Shown here: piece after piece, positions 1-9,428 of the stretch
Numbering within the stretch: the first letter of the stretch is position 1
Layout: each line of letters starts with the position of its first letter
Source of the DNA: Candidatus Deferrimicrobiaceae bacterium
GTDB lineage: Bacteria; Desulfobacterota; Deferrimicrobia; Deferrimicrobiales; Deferrimicrobiaceae
Assembly (NCBI GenBank): GCA_963792415.1
Contig: CAWBVY010000006.1
Span: 224,001 to 288,000 of the forward strand
Reading direction: 5' to 3'
DNA: 64,000 nucleotides
The notes under the pieces: model-generated
The model's database searches: none
What the model saw: only the letters and a program-made list of their open reading frames with translations
Told to the model about the DNA's origin: nothing
Program-made: the position numbers and the translations under genes

Positions 1-273
1 CGAGGAGGAGTGAATCCGGAGGACATCCCGCGTCGGTACCGACAGGAGCGGAAGCGGGTACCCGTCCCGCAGGTCGTCCGCCGTCGTGAAGGGAATCCTC
101 CCGAGATCCTCGAGCGACCGGATGGAACCGGGCGACACCCCGGAATCATCGAGTCGCTTCCGGTAGAAGGGGGAATTGTTCCAGGCGTGCTCGACAGTCC
201 AGCGCAGACCCGCGAACTGGAGGTCTCGCAGTTCCTGGTACGTTCGATAGTTCGGTGCGAACCGTTTCAGCAT
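1..273 (-). CDS. paaK: phenylacetate-CoA ligase family protein, 5' part (runs off window start)
   Basis: Manual translation from ATG at 273: MLKRFAPNYRTYQELRDLQFAGLRWTVEHAWNNSPFYRKRL...IPFTTADDLRDGYP...LRIHSSS, a typical PaaK N-terminus up to the SSGTTG loop; follows iorB. Confidence 0.85.
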   Translation of the reverse strand, partial: MLKRFAPNYRTYQELRDLQFAGLRWTVEHAWNNSPFYRKRLDDSGVSPGSIRSLEDLGRIPFTTADDLRDGYPLPLLSVPTRDVLRIHSSS

Positions 274-288
274 AGGGAGGATCTCTTA

Positions 289-867
289 TCACGTCCCATG
301 GGCGATTCCAAGGTCGAGGGCGGAGAGCGCGTCGCCGAGCCGGGACCCTGCCGCTCCCTGCCTCCGCGAGAGCGCCTCCCGGATCTCCCCTGCCGCGCAG
401 AAAAATCCGCCCGCGGTACCCCCCCCGATCCGCGCGAGCGCGAACCCGAGCAGGATCAGGTTGACGGCATGCGGAGTCCCGGACGAGAGGGCAAGCGCGT
501 CGGCATCGACCGCGTGCACACGCACGCCGGGACCGGCATCGGTCGGTATCGCCGCGTTGACGATCAGGGCCCCGCCGTCGGCCAGAAACTCGCGGTGGAG
601 GGCGACATTCTCCTCCTTGAGGACGAGGAGCAGATCGGCCTTGCCTGCACGGACCAGCGGGCTGTCGAAGCCCCCCACCTTCAGGTGGGAAACGACCACT
701 CCCCCGCGCTGGGCCATCCCGTGCGTTTCCGAGGTGAGCACCGGGAATCCGCCGGCGATCGCCGCCTCGGCCAAAAGGCGGGAGAGGAACAGGATCCCCT
801 GCCCTCCGAACCCGGACAGGACGATCTGCTGTCGCACGGGGGGCGACTCCCTGACCCCGGCGCTCAT
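289..867 (-). CDS. iorB: indolepyruvate:ferredoxin oxidoreductase beta subunit
   Basis: IVLSGFGGQG, SETHGMAQRGGVVVSHL motifs; ATG at 867 overlaps the iorA stop (ATGA). Confidence 0.9.
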   Translation of the reverse strand: MSAGVRESPPVRQQIVLSGFGGQGILFLSRLLAEAAIAGGFPVLTSETHGMAQRGGVVVSHLKVGGFDSPLVRAGKADLLLVLKEENVALHREFLADGGALIVNAAIPTDAGPGVRVHAVDADALALSSGTPHAVNLILLGFALARIGGGTAGGFFCAAGEIREALSRRQGAAGSRLGDALSALDLGIAHGT

Positions 868-2693
868 GGACGTCTCCCGCCGCCCGACTCCCGGCGGATC
901 GCGGCCACCGGGCAGACGTGGACGCACACGCCGCAGCCGGTGCAGGTCATCCCGTCGATCCGGACCCGGTTCGACGCCTCGTCGAATACCAGGGCGGGGC
1001 ATTCGAACCGGTCCACGCAGTGGCGGCACCCGGTGCACTCCGCGGTGATCACGATCGCGTCCGGCATCTTCCCGCCGGGGATGCGGGCGACCATCGCGCA
1101 CGGCTGTCGGGCGATCACCACCGCGACGCCTTGCTCCCGGGCATGGACGAGCGCCTCCTTGAGCAGCACCACGAATTCGGGCAGGAGGTCGGGGTTCGCC
1201 GTGCGGCAGAATCGGACGCCGCACGCGCGGACGAGCCCCTCCATGTCGACGGCCGCGGTGGTTTCCCCTCCCGCCCCTATCCCGGTTCCCGGCGTCGGCT
1301 GGTTCCCCGTCATCGCGGTCGTCCCGTTGTCGAGAATCACCAGTACGAACCGCGCTCCCTGGACGACGGCGTCGATCAGGGGCGGGATCCCGGCGTGGTA
1401 GAAGGTCGAGTCGCCGATCGTGGCGACGATGTCGACCCGCTTCCCGGAAAGACGGTGCGCGTAATCGAAGCCGGCCGCCTGGCTCACCGCCGCCCCCATG
1501 CACAGAACCGTGTCGACGGCGCCGAGGTTGATCCCGAGTGTATAGCAGCCGATGTCGCTCGGGTAAATGCCCGCAGGTGCCGCCTTCCGGATGGCGTAGA
1601 AGCTGGACCGGTGCGCGCATCCCGGGCAGAGCGTCGGCCGCCGTCCGCCGCCCTGCGCGGAAAGCGCCCGACCGGGGTCCGGAAGCCCGGCGAAACGGCA
1701 AAGAAGCCGCTCGACGATCTCGGGGAGCAGTTCCCCCGTCCCGGGAACCGCGCCGGTCATCCGCCCGCGCACGCGGTGCCGGTCGGCGATCTGCATCTCG
1801 ATCACCGGCGCCGACTCCTCGAGCACGAGGATCTCCGCGTGCGTTTCCAGGAGGTGTTCGATGAAGGCGGCATGCAGCGGGTACGGCTGGATCACCTGGT
1901 ACAGCGCGATCCGGTCCGCTACCCCCAGCTCGCCGAACAGTTCCCTGGCGTGCGCGAACGCGACGCCCGAAGCCACCACGGCCTTCCCCGGCGAACCTTC
2001 CGCGTTCACCCGGATCGGGGCGGTCGCCGGCCACGCGGCGATCGCCGCGATCTTTTCGGCGAGACGGTCGTGCAGCTTCCTTCGGAACACGGGGGTCGCC
2101 GCCCAGCGGGCCGGATCCTTCACGAACAGCGCCTCCCTTCCCTGCGGCCGGAACGGAGGGGCGTCCACGTCCTGATTCGCGTGGCAGACACGCGTCGTCG
2201 GCCGCAGCATCACGGGAACCCCGAACGCCTCCGAAAGGTCGAACCCGGTCCCGGCGAGCGCCATCGCATGCGCGGGGGACGACGGGTCGAGGACCGGCAC
2301 CTTCGCCAGCATCGCCAGCAGCCGGCTGTCCTGCTCCGTCTGCGAGGAGTGGGGGCCCGGGTCGTCCGCGCTGACCACCAGGAATCCGCCCGTCACTCCG
2401 AGATAGGCGGCGCTGACCAACGGGTCGGAGGCGACGTTCAACCCCACCTGCTTCATGCTGACCGCGGCGCGCAAGCCGGAGATTGCGGCCGTGTAGGCGA
2501 TCTCGAGCGCGACCTTTTCGTTCACCGCCCATTCGACGTGCATCGTCGCGCCGCTCTTTCTCCTCCATCGGTCGACCGAGGAGAGGATCTCCGAGGCGGG
2601 CGTCCCCGGATAGGAAGCGGCGACCGCGCAGCCGGCCATGACCAGCCCGCGCGCGATGGCGTCGTTTCCCTGCATCAGGATGCGTTCGCTCAC
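864..2693 (-). CDS. iorA: indolepyruvate:ferredoxin oxidoreductase alpha subunit
   Basis: YPGTPASEI, NEKVALE, MKQVGLNVASD, CPGCAHR, DIGCYTLG, TPP-binding GDSTF..DN, C-terminal 2x[4Fe-4S] Cys motifs. Confidence 0.95.
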   Translation of the reverse strand: MSERILMQGNDAIARGLVMAGCAVAASYPGTPASEILSSVDRWRRKSGATMHVEWAVNEKVALEIAYTAAISGLRAAVSMKQVGLNVASDPLVSAAYLGVTGGFLVVSADDPGPHSSQTEQDSRLLAMLAKVPVLDPSSPAHAMALAGTGFDLSEAFGVPVMLRPTTRVCHANQDVDAPPFRPQGREALFVKDPARWAATPVFRRKLHDRLAEKIAAIAAWPATAPIRVNAEGSPGKAVVASGVAFAHARELFGELGVADRIALYQVIQPYPLHAAFIEHLLETHAEILVLEESAPVIEMQIADRHRVRGRMTGAVPGTGELLPEIVERLLCRFAGLPDPGRALSAQGGGRRPTLCPGCAHRSSFYAIRKAAPAGIYPSDIGCYTLGINLGAVDTVLCMGAAVSQAAGFDYAHRLSGKRVDIVATIGDSTFYHAGIPPLIDAVVQGARFVLVILDNGTTAMTGNQPTPGTGIGAGGETTAAVDMEGLVRACGVRFCRTANPDLLPEFVVLLKEALVHAREQGVAVVIARQPCAMVARIPGGKMPDAIVITAECTGCRHCVDRFECPALVFDEASNRVRIDGMTCTGCGVCVHVCPVAAIRRESGGGRRP

Positions 2694-2712
2694 GAGGGAA
2701 ACTCCCGCCGGT

Positions 2713-4017
2713 CTATTTCACGAGGTCCGACAAGACGAGGACGGTCCAGTACGGAGAGATCATCAGGATAACGATCGAAACGATATAGGACGGGATGTAG
2801 TAGAAGCTGCCGCGGAAGACGGTCCCCAGCGGGATGCCGGACATCCCGGACACGACGTAGCAGCAGATGCCGATGGGCGGCATGATGGAGCCCATCGTCG
2901 TCACGATCGTGATCACCTGCCCGAACCAGATCGGGTCGTAGCCAAGCTGGATGACCAGAGGGTAGAAGATGGGAAGCGAGACGAGCAGGAACGCCAGGGC
3001 GTCCATGATGCAGCCGCCGATGATGTAGCAGAGCAGGATCACCCAGAGCACCATCCATTTCGGCAGCGCGAGCGCCTGGATCCACTCCGCGGCCGCGAAG
3101 GGAAGACGGGTGAGCGTCAGGAACCGGGCGAAGATCACCGCCCCCGCGACGATCATGAAGACCATGCAGGAGATGCGCAGGGTTTCGGTCATCGAGTCGA
3201 GGAACTTCTTCCACGTGAGCTTGCGCCGCGCGAGGCAGATCGCGTACCCCAGGAAACAGCTGACGGCGGCCGCCTCCGTCGCGGTCACGACCCCCGTGAA
3301 CAGGGCGTACATGATGATCCCGAAGAGGACGAGAATGTCGATCACGGCGGGGAGCGCCTTCATCCGCTCTTTCCAGCCGAACCTCGGCCCGGCGGGACCC
3401 CAGTCCGGGTGCATGCGGCAGATCCAGACCACCGTTCCCAGGATGGCGACGGTCAGAATGGCGCTGGGGATGATGTTGCCGAAAAACAGCTTGCCGATCG
3501 ACTGGCCGGTGTAAAGACCGTACACCACGAGCACGATGGAGGGCGGGATGAGGACGCCGAGCGTCGCGCCGGCGGCGACCGACCCGGCGTTCATCATCGG
3601 GTGATACCTGTATTCCTTCATGGCGGGGATGGCGACGGCGCTCATCGTGGCCGCCGTCGCCGTGTTGGAGCCGGAAATGGCCGAGAAGGCCGCCGACGCC
3701 ATGATCGTGGTCATCGCGAGCCCGCCGCGGAAATGACCGAACCATTTGTAGGTGGCGTCGTACAGGCTGAAATTGTACCCGGCGTAATGGACGATCTCGC
3801 CGACCAGGATGAAGAGCGGTATCACCGTCAGCCCATAGCTGGAGAAGATGTTCCACATCTCGGTGCCGACGATCGAGAAGGCCGCGTGGAAGGAGATCAC
3901 CTGGGCGATCCCGACGAACCCGACCATGGCCATGGTGAAGGCGGCGGGGACCCTCAGGACGAACAGGATGAAAAACATGACCCCGATCCCGTACACTCCG
4001 ACGATGGGTCCGCTCAT
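2713..4017 (-). CDS. dctM: TRAP transporter large permease
   Basis: Highly hydrophobic; IPLFILVG, SGSNTATAATM, TLGVLIPPS, TATEAAA motifs; ATG at 4017 overlaps the dctQ stop. Confidence 0.92.
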   Translation of the reverse strand: MSGPIVGVYGIGVMFFILFVLRVPAAFTMAMVGFVGIAQVISFHAAFSIVGTEMWNIFSSYGLTVIPLFILVGEIVHYAGYNFSLYDATYKWFGHFRGGLAMTTIMASAAFSAISGSNTATAATMSAVAIPAMKEYRYHPMMNAGSVAAGATLGVLIPPSIVLVVYGLYTGQSIGKLFFGNIIPSAILTVAILGTVVWICRMHPDWGPAGPRFGWKERMKALPAVIDILVLFGIIMYALFTGVVTATEAAAVSCFLGYAICLARRKLTWKKFLDSMTETLRISCMVFMIVAGAVIFARFLTLTRLPFAAAEWIQALALPKWMVLWVILLCYIIGGCIMDALAFLLVSLPIFYPLVIQLGYDPIWFGQVITIVTTMGSIMPPIGICCYVVSGMSGIPLGTVFRGSFYYIPSYIVSIVILMISPYWTVLVLSDLVK

Positions 4018-4499
4018 CGCTTCTCGCCGCGGGTCCAGACGGATTCGATCAGGTCGAGGAAACTCGTCAGCGCGAGGACGGCGAACCCGATGCCGACGAG
4101 GAAGACGAAGGGGTAATAGGGGATCTTCAGCGTTTCGGACAGCTCGCCCGTCTGCATCAGCCGCTTTCCGTATACGGACGTCTGCCACGAGACGATGGTG
4201 AAGAAGGCGAGGATGAGGGTGTTGCTCACCCGGTCGAGAACCCGCTTGACAGGGGCCGGGAACTTTTCCGAGAGGATGTCGACGACGATGTGGTCCTTCC
4301 GTTTCTGGGTATAGCCGAGGGCGCCCGCGGTGACGATCGCGCCGAGGAAGGAGACGACCTCATACGTCCCGCTCACCGGAACCCGGAATATCCTCAGGGC
4401 GACGTTCACCGTCGCCAGGAGGGTGAGCGCCAGGAGCGAGACGCCCCCGGCGATCAACAGGCCCCTCCGAAGCAGCTCGGATAGCCGCTCCAGTCCCAT
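4014..4499 (-). CDS. dctQ: TRAP transporter small permease
   Basis: 4 TM segments, HIVVD motif, located between dctP and dctM. Confidence 0.9.
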   Translation of the reverse strand: MGLERLSELLRRGLLIAGGVSLLALTLLATVNVALRIFRVPVSGTYEVVSFLGAIVTAGALGYTQKRKDHIVVDILSEKFPAPVKRVLDRVSNTLILAFFTIVSWQTSVYGKRLMQTGELSETLKIPYYPFVFLVGIGFAVLALTSFLDLIESVWTRGEKR

Positions 4500-4517
4500 C
4501 GCCCGATCCGCCTGCCG

Positions 4518-5540
4518 TTATTTCCGCTCGTGCTTTTTCTTGAGCTCCTGGACGTCGGAAACGATCTTCGCGCCGTCCAGCCCGAGCGTGGCGGTCCGCT
4601 TCACGTACTCCTCGGTCATCGGCTTCAGGAGGGAGGCGACCATGGCGTGGTCCGCCGCGGGGAGCTCGAAGAGCTGGTGCTGGTAGTTCGCCTTCGACCA
4701 GGCGAGGGCCTCGGTCACGTGGTCGTCCACGTACTTCCCGGTCCACTCCGCCTGCTCGCGGCGCAACTTCTCGAGAACGTCCTTCACGTCCGCCGGGAGG
4801 GAGTCCCACTTCGCCTGGTTCATCACGACGGCGAAGGAGACGACGGGAAGGTTCGCAACCGTGGCGTAAGGCGTGTAGGCGGCGAACTTGAAGTCCTTGA
4901 GGATCTCCATCGACGAGACCATCCCCTTCACGACCCCCTTCTGGATCGCCTCGGGCGTCTCGGACTGCGGCATCGCGACGGGGATCCCGCCAAGGCGCTT
5001 GACGACCTCGGCGTTCGTGCCGGCGACCCGCAGCTCCATCCCCTTGAGGTCGGCCAGGGACTTGACCGGCGTCTTCGTCATGAAGTTCGTCGGGGGGCAG
5101 GTGAAGAGCGTGAGCACCTTGACCTGCGCGAACTCCTTCGGCTTGTACTTCTCGATCAGGTCGAACAGGGTGAGGCTCGCGGCGCGGGCGCTCGTGAACC
5201 CCATCGGAAGGTCCACGGCCTCGGAGACGGGGAACCGGCCCGGCTGATAGCTCATCGCGAAGTTGCCGATGTCGGCCATTCCCGAGATGACGCCGTCGAA
5301 GATGTTCTTCGCCGCGAGGAGCGTACCCCCCGGGAATGTCTGGACCTTCACCCTGCCGTGGGTCCGCTTCTCCACCTCCTTCGCCCAGCGCTCCATCTGG
5401 ACGCAGGGGAAGGTGGCCGAGGGGGGGAAGTTCGCGTACCGGAGCGTGATCGTCTCGGTGGACGGCGCCGTCCCAGGCGCGACAAACAGGGCAAGGAGAA
5501 GAGCCGACAGGAGAACAGGCAACAGCAGTTTCGATTTCAC
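4518..5540 (-). CDS. dctP: TRAP transporter substrate-binding protein
   Basis: Signal peptide after GTG at 5540 (GGAGG RBS); DLKGMELRV, ETPEAIQKGVV, VVMNQAKWDSLP. Confidence 0.9.
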   Translation of the reverse strand: MKSKLLLPVLLSALLLALFVAPGTAPSTETITLRYANFPPSATFPCVQMERWAKEVEKRTHGRVKVQTFPGGTLLAAKNIFDGVISGMADIGNFAMSYQPGRFPVSEAVDLPMGFTSARAASLTLFDLIEKYKPKEFAQVKVLTLFTCPPTNFMTKTPVKSLADLKGMELRVAGTNAEVVKRLGGIPVAMPQSETPEAIQKGVVKGMVSSMEILKDFKFAAYTPYATVANLPVVSFAVVMNQAKWDSLPADVKDVLEKLRREQAEWTGKYVDDHVTEALAWSKANYQHQLFELPAADHAMVASLLKPMTEEYVKRTATLGLDGAKIVSDVQELKKKHERK

Positions 5541-5638
5541 GAGCGCCTCCCTGGGAAATGGATTCGAAACCTTCAGCATCGTCCGGGGGGAAAATTGTCC
5601 CATAGTACCCGAATCCGCCCTCGCGCGGCAACGGAGTT

Positions 5639-7849
5639 TTATCCTCCCAATGCGTTCATCAGCTCGTCCGCGGCTTCACGGAGCATCGCCTCGTACCGCG
5701 GCACGTCCGGCGTCTCGGTCCCGTCGAGGAACCCCATCGCGCGGCCCCCGCGGTCCGCCAGAAGGTAGCGGATCTTCGACCCGGGCCGCAGGTCCACGCC
5801 GCGGCCGCACAGCTCCCGGGTCACCGCGGCGGCGGCCGTGTTGGCGACGTACCGCCCGGGGGCCTTCGACAGGCGCCTCGCGATCGCCAATCCCTCGATC
5901 GGGACCCTCCCGCAGCGAAGTTCGGAAACGGCGGATTCCACGCGCTCGCGCAGCTCCGGCAACATCGCCCGCAGCTCCGAAAGGTCGCCGGCCTCCGCCA
6001 TCCGCCCGAGGAGTTCCCGCTGGAGCGCGGCGACCAGCGGCGGGGTGTCGGAGCGGCGCAGGGCGATCCCGCGGGCCTTGATCTCCCCGCTCGTGAACGC
6101 CCCCGCGAACCGGTTGGGAACGGCCACCGACCGGTTCCGCTTCGACGGGAGGAAGGCGAGCCACTTGTAGACCCCTTCGAGCGCGATCGGCATCCCCGTC
6201 TCCGCGGTGATCCGTTCCGAGAGCCGGCGGTACTCCTCCGCCGCCGCGCCCCCCTTTTTCACCCAGATCGCGTCCGTCAGCCCGTGGAGAAAGACGAACC
6301 CTTCCCGCTCGGCGACCTCCTTCGCGGACAGGAGCTTCTCCCTGCCCCAGGCGGTGACCGCCTCGTGCGCCTCGATCCGACCGAACCGCGCGTTCCGGTA
6401 GCCGAGGAAGCCGAAGGAGACGACGAGGAGCCATTTGAGCGCCGTCTGCCGCTTCCGGAAGAGTTCGCGCGCCTCGGGCTCCGTCGCGGCCTTCTGCCGC
6501 TCCTTCAGGAGCCGGCGCTTGAGGAGGATCGGGGCGATCGTATCGGGGACGAGCCCCCTGCGGCGGAGGCAGGTGTGGGCGCCGATCTCGGGGACGGGGA
6601 GGCCGGGGCGGCAGCAGGCGCAGTTGACCGTCTCGGGGGAGATGTTGTACCGGTCCATGAGCGACGGATACATCGACGCGAAGTCGAGCTCCCCCACGTT
6701 CTCGTGCGCCCCTGGGCGCGGAAGATACGTGAGCCCGCCCTTGTCGGTGACGACGAGATCGACGCCGCTCTTGAACGTCTCCGGCTCCCGCTTCTTGTAC
6801 GGAACGAGGATCCCCCCCTTGAGGGCGGTCGCCACCTGCATCGCGGAGATGGCGGTTCCCGGCGACGTCCGGGCGACGCGCTGCAGCGGGATGCCGGAGA
6901 GACGGGAGAGTTCGACGAGCCCCGGCAGCCCGGTCTCCCCGAAAAGGAACGAGTTGCGGGCGTCCACGTGCCACCGGCCGGCGAGGGTGTGCGGCGCCGC
7001 GCGGAAGATCACCCTGCCGTACGAAACGAACGACCGTTCCCGGCCGCCCCGAACGCGGCCCGGGACGGAGGACCCGATCCCCGTGCCGCGGTTCCGCGGA
7101 GCGCCGAAAACCTCGTCGGGGGTTCGGGGAGCCCGCCCCAGGGGAAGCGGCGAGCGAAGCCGGCCGGCCAGCGCGAGAAGCCGCGGCAGCAGCCAGTCGT
7201 CGCCGTACTCGGTGACGAGCAGGTCGGGGTCGGCACGCTCGACGAGCCGCGCCAGGTCCCGAAGGAAGTCGGCCCCGTTCTCCCAAAGGAGACTTTGCGT
7301 CACGCCGTCGGCGATGAACTCGAGCGGGCGGACGCGCCGATGCGCCGGGTGCCCCTTCCCTTCCATTCTGAGGAGCGCGATCGAAAAGGAGGGATGCGGC
7401 GCGTCCACGTCCCACGGCGAATCGAGAACGCGGGCGGAGCGGATCGTCCCGTCGCCGTCGCAATCGACCGCGGCGCGCGACAGGGGGTACAGCCCCGTCG
7501 CGAAGGAGAACTGCTGCTCCGGCGCGATGTCGGCGTTGCACAGCGCGTCCGGGCCGAACGCCTTTTCCGCCTTGCGGACCGAAGGTCCGAGAAGGGCCGG
7601 TCCCGGCACGGTGAACGACCAGGCCGGGATCGTCCTGCCCGAGAGGAAATCGATCCCCTCCCCCCGAGCGAGGCCGCACTTCCACCGCACGGCGGCGGCG
7701 CGGAGCGCGGGCTCTTTCAGGCGGTTCCCCGCGAGGACGAACGAGGGACGAAACGGGGCGAAGAGCGCGATCGTCTCCCCGGTAGCGGCGCGGAACCAGA
7801 CCGTCATCCCGCCCGGTTCCCCCGCGATGTCGAACACCCACCCGTTCAT
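5639..7849 (-). CDS. polB2: B-family DNA polymerase, PolB2-type (putatively error-prone)
   Basis: Motif A ELDFASMYPS..YNISPET, motif B KWLLVVSFGFLG, motif C HGLTDAIW (first Asp of YGDTDS replaced, as is typical of PolB2); degenerate exonuclease region; ATG 7849 overlaps the upstream stop. Confidence 0.88.
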   Translation of the reverse strand: MNGWVFDIAGEPGGMTVWFRAATGETIALFAPFRPSFVLAGNRLKEPALRAAAVRWKCGLARGEGIDFLSGRTIPAWSFTVPGPALLGPSVRKAEKAFGPDALCNADIAPEQQFSFATGLYPLSRAAVDCDGDGTIRSARVLDSPWDVDAPHPSFSIALLRMEGKGHPAHRRVRPLEFIADGVTQSLLWENGADFLRDLARLVERADPDLLVTEYGDDWLLPRLLALAGRLRSPLPLGRAPRTPDEVFGAPRNRGTGIGSSVPGRVRGGRERSFVSYGRVIFRAAPHTLAGRWHVDARNSFLFGETGLPGLVELSRLSGIPLQRVARTSPGTAISAMQVATALKGGILVPYKKREPETFKSGVDLVVTDKGGLTYLPRPGAHENVGELDFASMYPSLMDRYNISPETVNCACCRPGLPVPEIGAHTCLRRRGLVPDTIAPILLKRRLLKERQKAATEPEARELFRKRQTALKWLLVVSFGFLGYRNARFGRIEAHEAVTAWGREKLLSAKEVAEREGFVFLHGLTDAIWVKKGGAAAEEYRRLSERITAETGMPIALEGVYKWLAFLPSKRNRSVAVPNRFAGAFTSGEIKARGIALRRSDTPPLVAALQRELLGRMAEAGDLSELRAMLPELRERVESAVSELRCGRVPIEGLAIARRLSKAPGRYVANTAAAAVTRELCGRGVDLRPGSKIRYLLADRGGRAMGFLDGTETPDVPRYEAMLREAADELMNALGG

Positions 7850-8139
7850 CTCCCGTCGGGGCATTGCCGATGCATCGAAGCCAGCCGCCGTTCGAGCTCC
7901 TCGAGCCGCCTCGACAGCTCGCGCGCGGAGCGGCGCTCCTCGATGAGGATGCTCATCAGGATCGCGTCGAAGGGAACGACCCTCCCCGCGCAGGTGCACG
8001 CCGCGGTGTGGTAGCGGGCCGCCGCGAACAGCGCGTCGAACAGCTCGCGATCCTCCCGGCGCAAGGCGCGTCGAAAACCCCGCCACGACTCCTCCTCGCG
8101 GTAGAGCTCCTGGGTGAAGGGGAGGACGGTTCGCCCCAC
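7846..8139 (-). CDS. small alpha-helical PolB2 partner protein (PPB2/arCOG07300-like)
   Basis: GTG start: (M)GRTVLPFTQELYREEESWRGFRRALRREDRELFDALFAAARYH..., C-terminal coiled coil, translationally coupled to polB2. Confidence 0.8.
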   Translation of the reverse strand: MGRTVLPFTQELYREEESWRGFRRALRREDRELFDALFAAARYHTAACTCAGRVVPFDAILMSILIEERRSARELSRRLEELERRLASMHRQCPDGR

Positions 8140-8141
8140 CG

Positions 8142-8761
8142 TCAGGATCCTCCCCGCAGTTCCCACGTCGGACCGCCCTCGGCCCGTCGCAGGAGAAGGA
8201 CGGGATCGGCCGTTCGGACGAGATAACGGAAGAACCCCGCCCGGTCGGCGGGGACGGGACCCACCGCGCAACGGCCGGCCGAAGCCGGCGGCTCCCCTTT
8301 CCCGACGAGGACGACCCGCGTTCCGGCGCGGGCGAGCCTGCGCAGCGCGGAGAGACAGTTCCGGAAGACACGGCACGCCTCCGCGTACGGCACGTCGGCG
8401 TCGGCGAACGTTTCGGGAAGACCGAGGACGAGGGCAAGCCGGGCGTCGAACCGGGAAAGCGCCCGGGGCAGCCGGCGGGACAGGAGCGCTTCCATCTGGT
8501 GGCAGGTGAACGCCCGGGAGACGCGGATGCGGGACAGGGCCTCCCTGCCGTCCCCCCCCTCGCCCGGGCCGCTTTGGAGATCTCGTACGGGTCGAACCGG
8601 TTCGCGCCGTCGACGGCCACGACCGCCTCGGCGCGAAGAAGCGGCACGGCGAGCGCCCGGAGCGCGAGCCCGCACGCGCCGTCCCCGAAGATCCCGGCCA
8701 TCTTCCCCGGGGCCGGGGAAAGGCAGAGGGAGGAGGCGCGCTCCATGTCGAGCAAGGGCAC
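8142..8761 (-). pseudogene. inactivated RadA/ImuA-like protein, frameshifted at a G8 tract (8552-8559)
   Basis: N-part (AVVAVDGANRFDPYEISKAARAR) and C-part (EALSRIRVSRAFTCHQM...) lie in different frames; one extra G restores a 206-aa ORF; no Walker A motif. Confidence 0.75.
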
Positions 8762-8770
8762 GGGAGGCCC

Positions 8771-9382
8771 CTACAATTTCCGGTAGACGCCGACGACTTT
8801 TCCGGCGATGCGGAACGACGGGGCGCCGGCGGGGACGACGATGGCCGGATAGGCCGGGTTGGCGGCCTCGAGCCGGACCTTCCCCTTCCATCGGCGGAAC
8901 CGCTTGACGGTGGCATCGCCGTCGATCACGGCGACGACGATCTCCCCTTCCTCCGCGCGGGGCTGCGACCGGACAACGACGTGGTCCCCGTCGCAGATGT
9001 GGACCCCCGTCATGCTGTCCCCCTTGACCCGAAGGGAGAAGACCTCGCCCTCCCCCACCAGGCCGGGATCGAGGAGAAGTTCCCCCTCGACCTCCTCGAT
9101 CGCCTCGCGCGGCCCCCCGGCGGGAACCCGGCCCAGGACCGGGACGCGCACGGCGGACCGGGGGTGGCTCTCCCCCACGAACTCGATCCGGCGCGGATGG
9201 TGGCGCTTGCGCCGGATGTACCCCTTGCGCTCCAGAAGCTCCAGGTAGTAGAAGCCGTTCTTCACGGCGATCCCGAAACGGCTCGCGATCTCCGCGGCCG
9301 TCGGGGCGAACCGGTGGCGCTCCGCGAACTCCCGGAGGAAGTCGAGGACCCGCCGCTGCGTCGGTGTCAGGGGGGCGACCAT
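8771..9382 (-). CDS. lexA: LexA repressor
   Basis: N-terminal wHTH (LTPTQRRVLDF..PTAAEIA), Ala-Gly cleavage site VPAGGP, catalytic GDSM and TVKR. Confidence 0.93.
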   Translation of the reverse strand: MVAPLTPTQRRVLDFLREFAERHRFAPTAAEIASRFGIAVKNGFYYLELLERKGYIRRKRHHPRRIEFVGESHPRSAVRVPVLGRVPAGGPREAIEEVEGELLLDPGLVGEGEVFSLRVKGDSMTGVHICDGDHVVVRSQPRAEEGEIVVAVIDGDATVKRFRRWKGKVRLEAANPAYPAIVVPAGAPSFRIAGKVVGVYRKL

Positions 9383-9408
9383 GCATGTATACTACTATAC
9401 ATGCATGG
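9379..9408. promoter_or_regulatory. perfect inverted repeat over the lexA start and -10 box; candidate LexA operator
   Basis: CCATGCATGTATA-CTAC-TATACATGCATGG (13-bp arms); minus-strand TAGTAT lies 6 nt before the ATG, no RBS. Confidence 0.7.
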
Positions 9409-9428
9409 AAGAAGGAAAGAGGACGTAC

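Noticed and set aside
5639-8761. 1040-aa polymerase ORF as a single real protein
   Set aside because: Its N-terminal extension comes from the G8 frameshift and crosses two genes in other frames; the polymerase most likely starts at 7849
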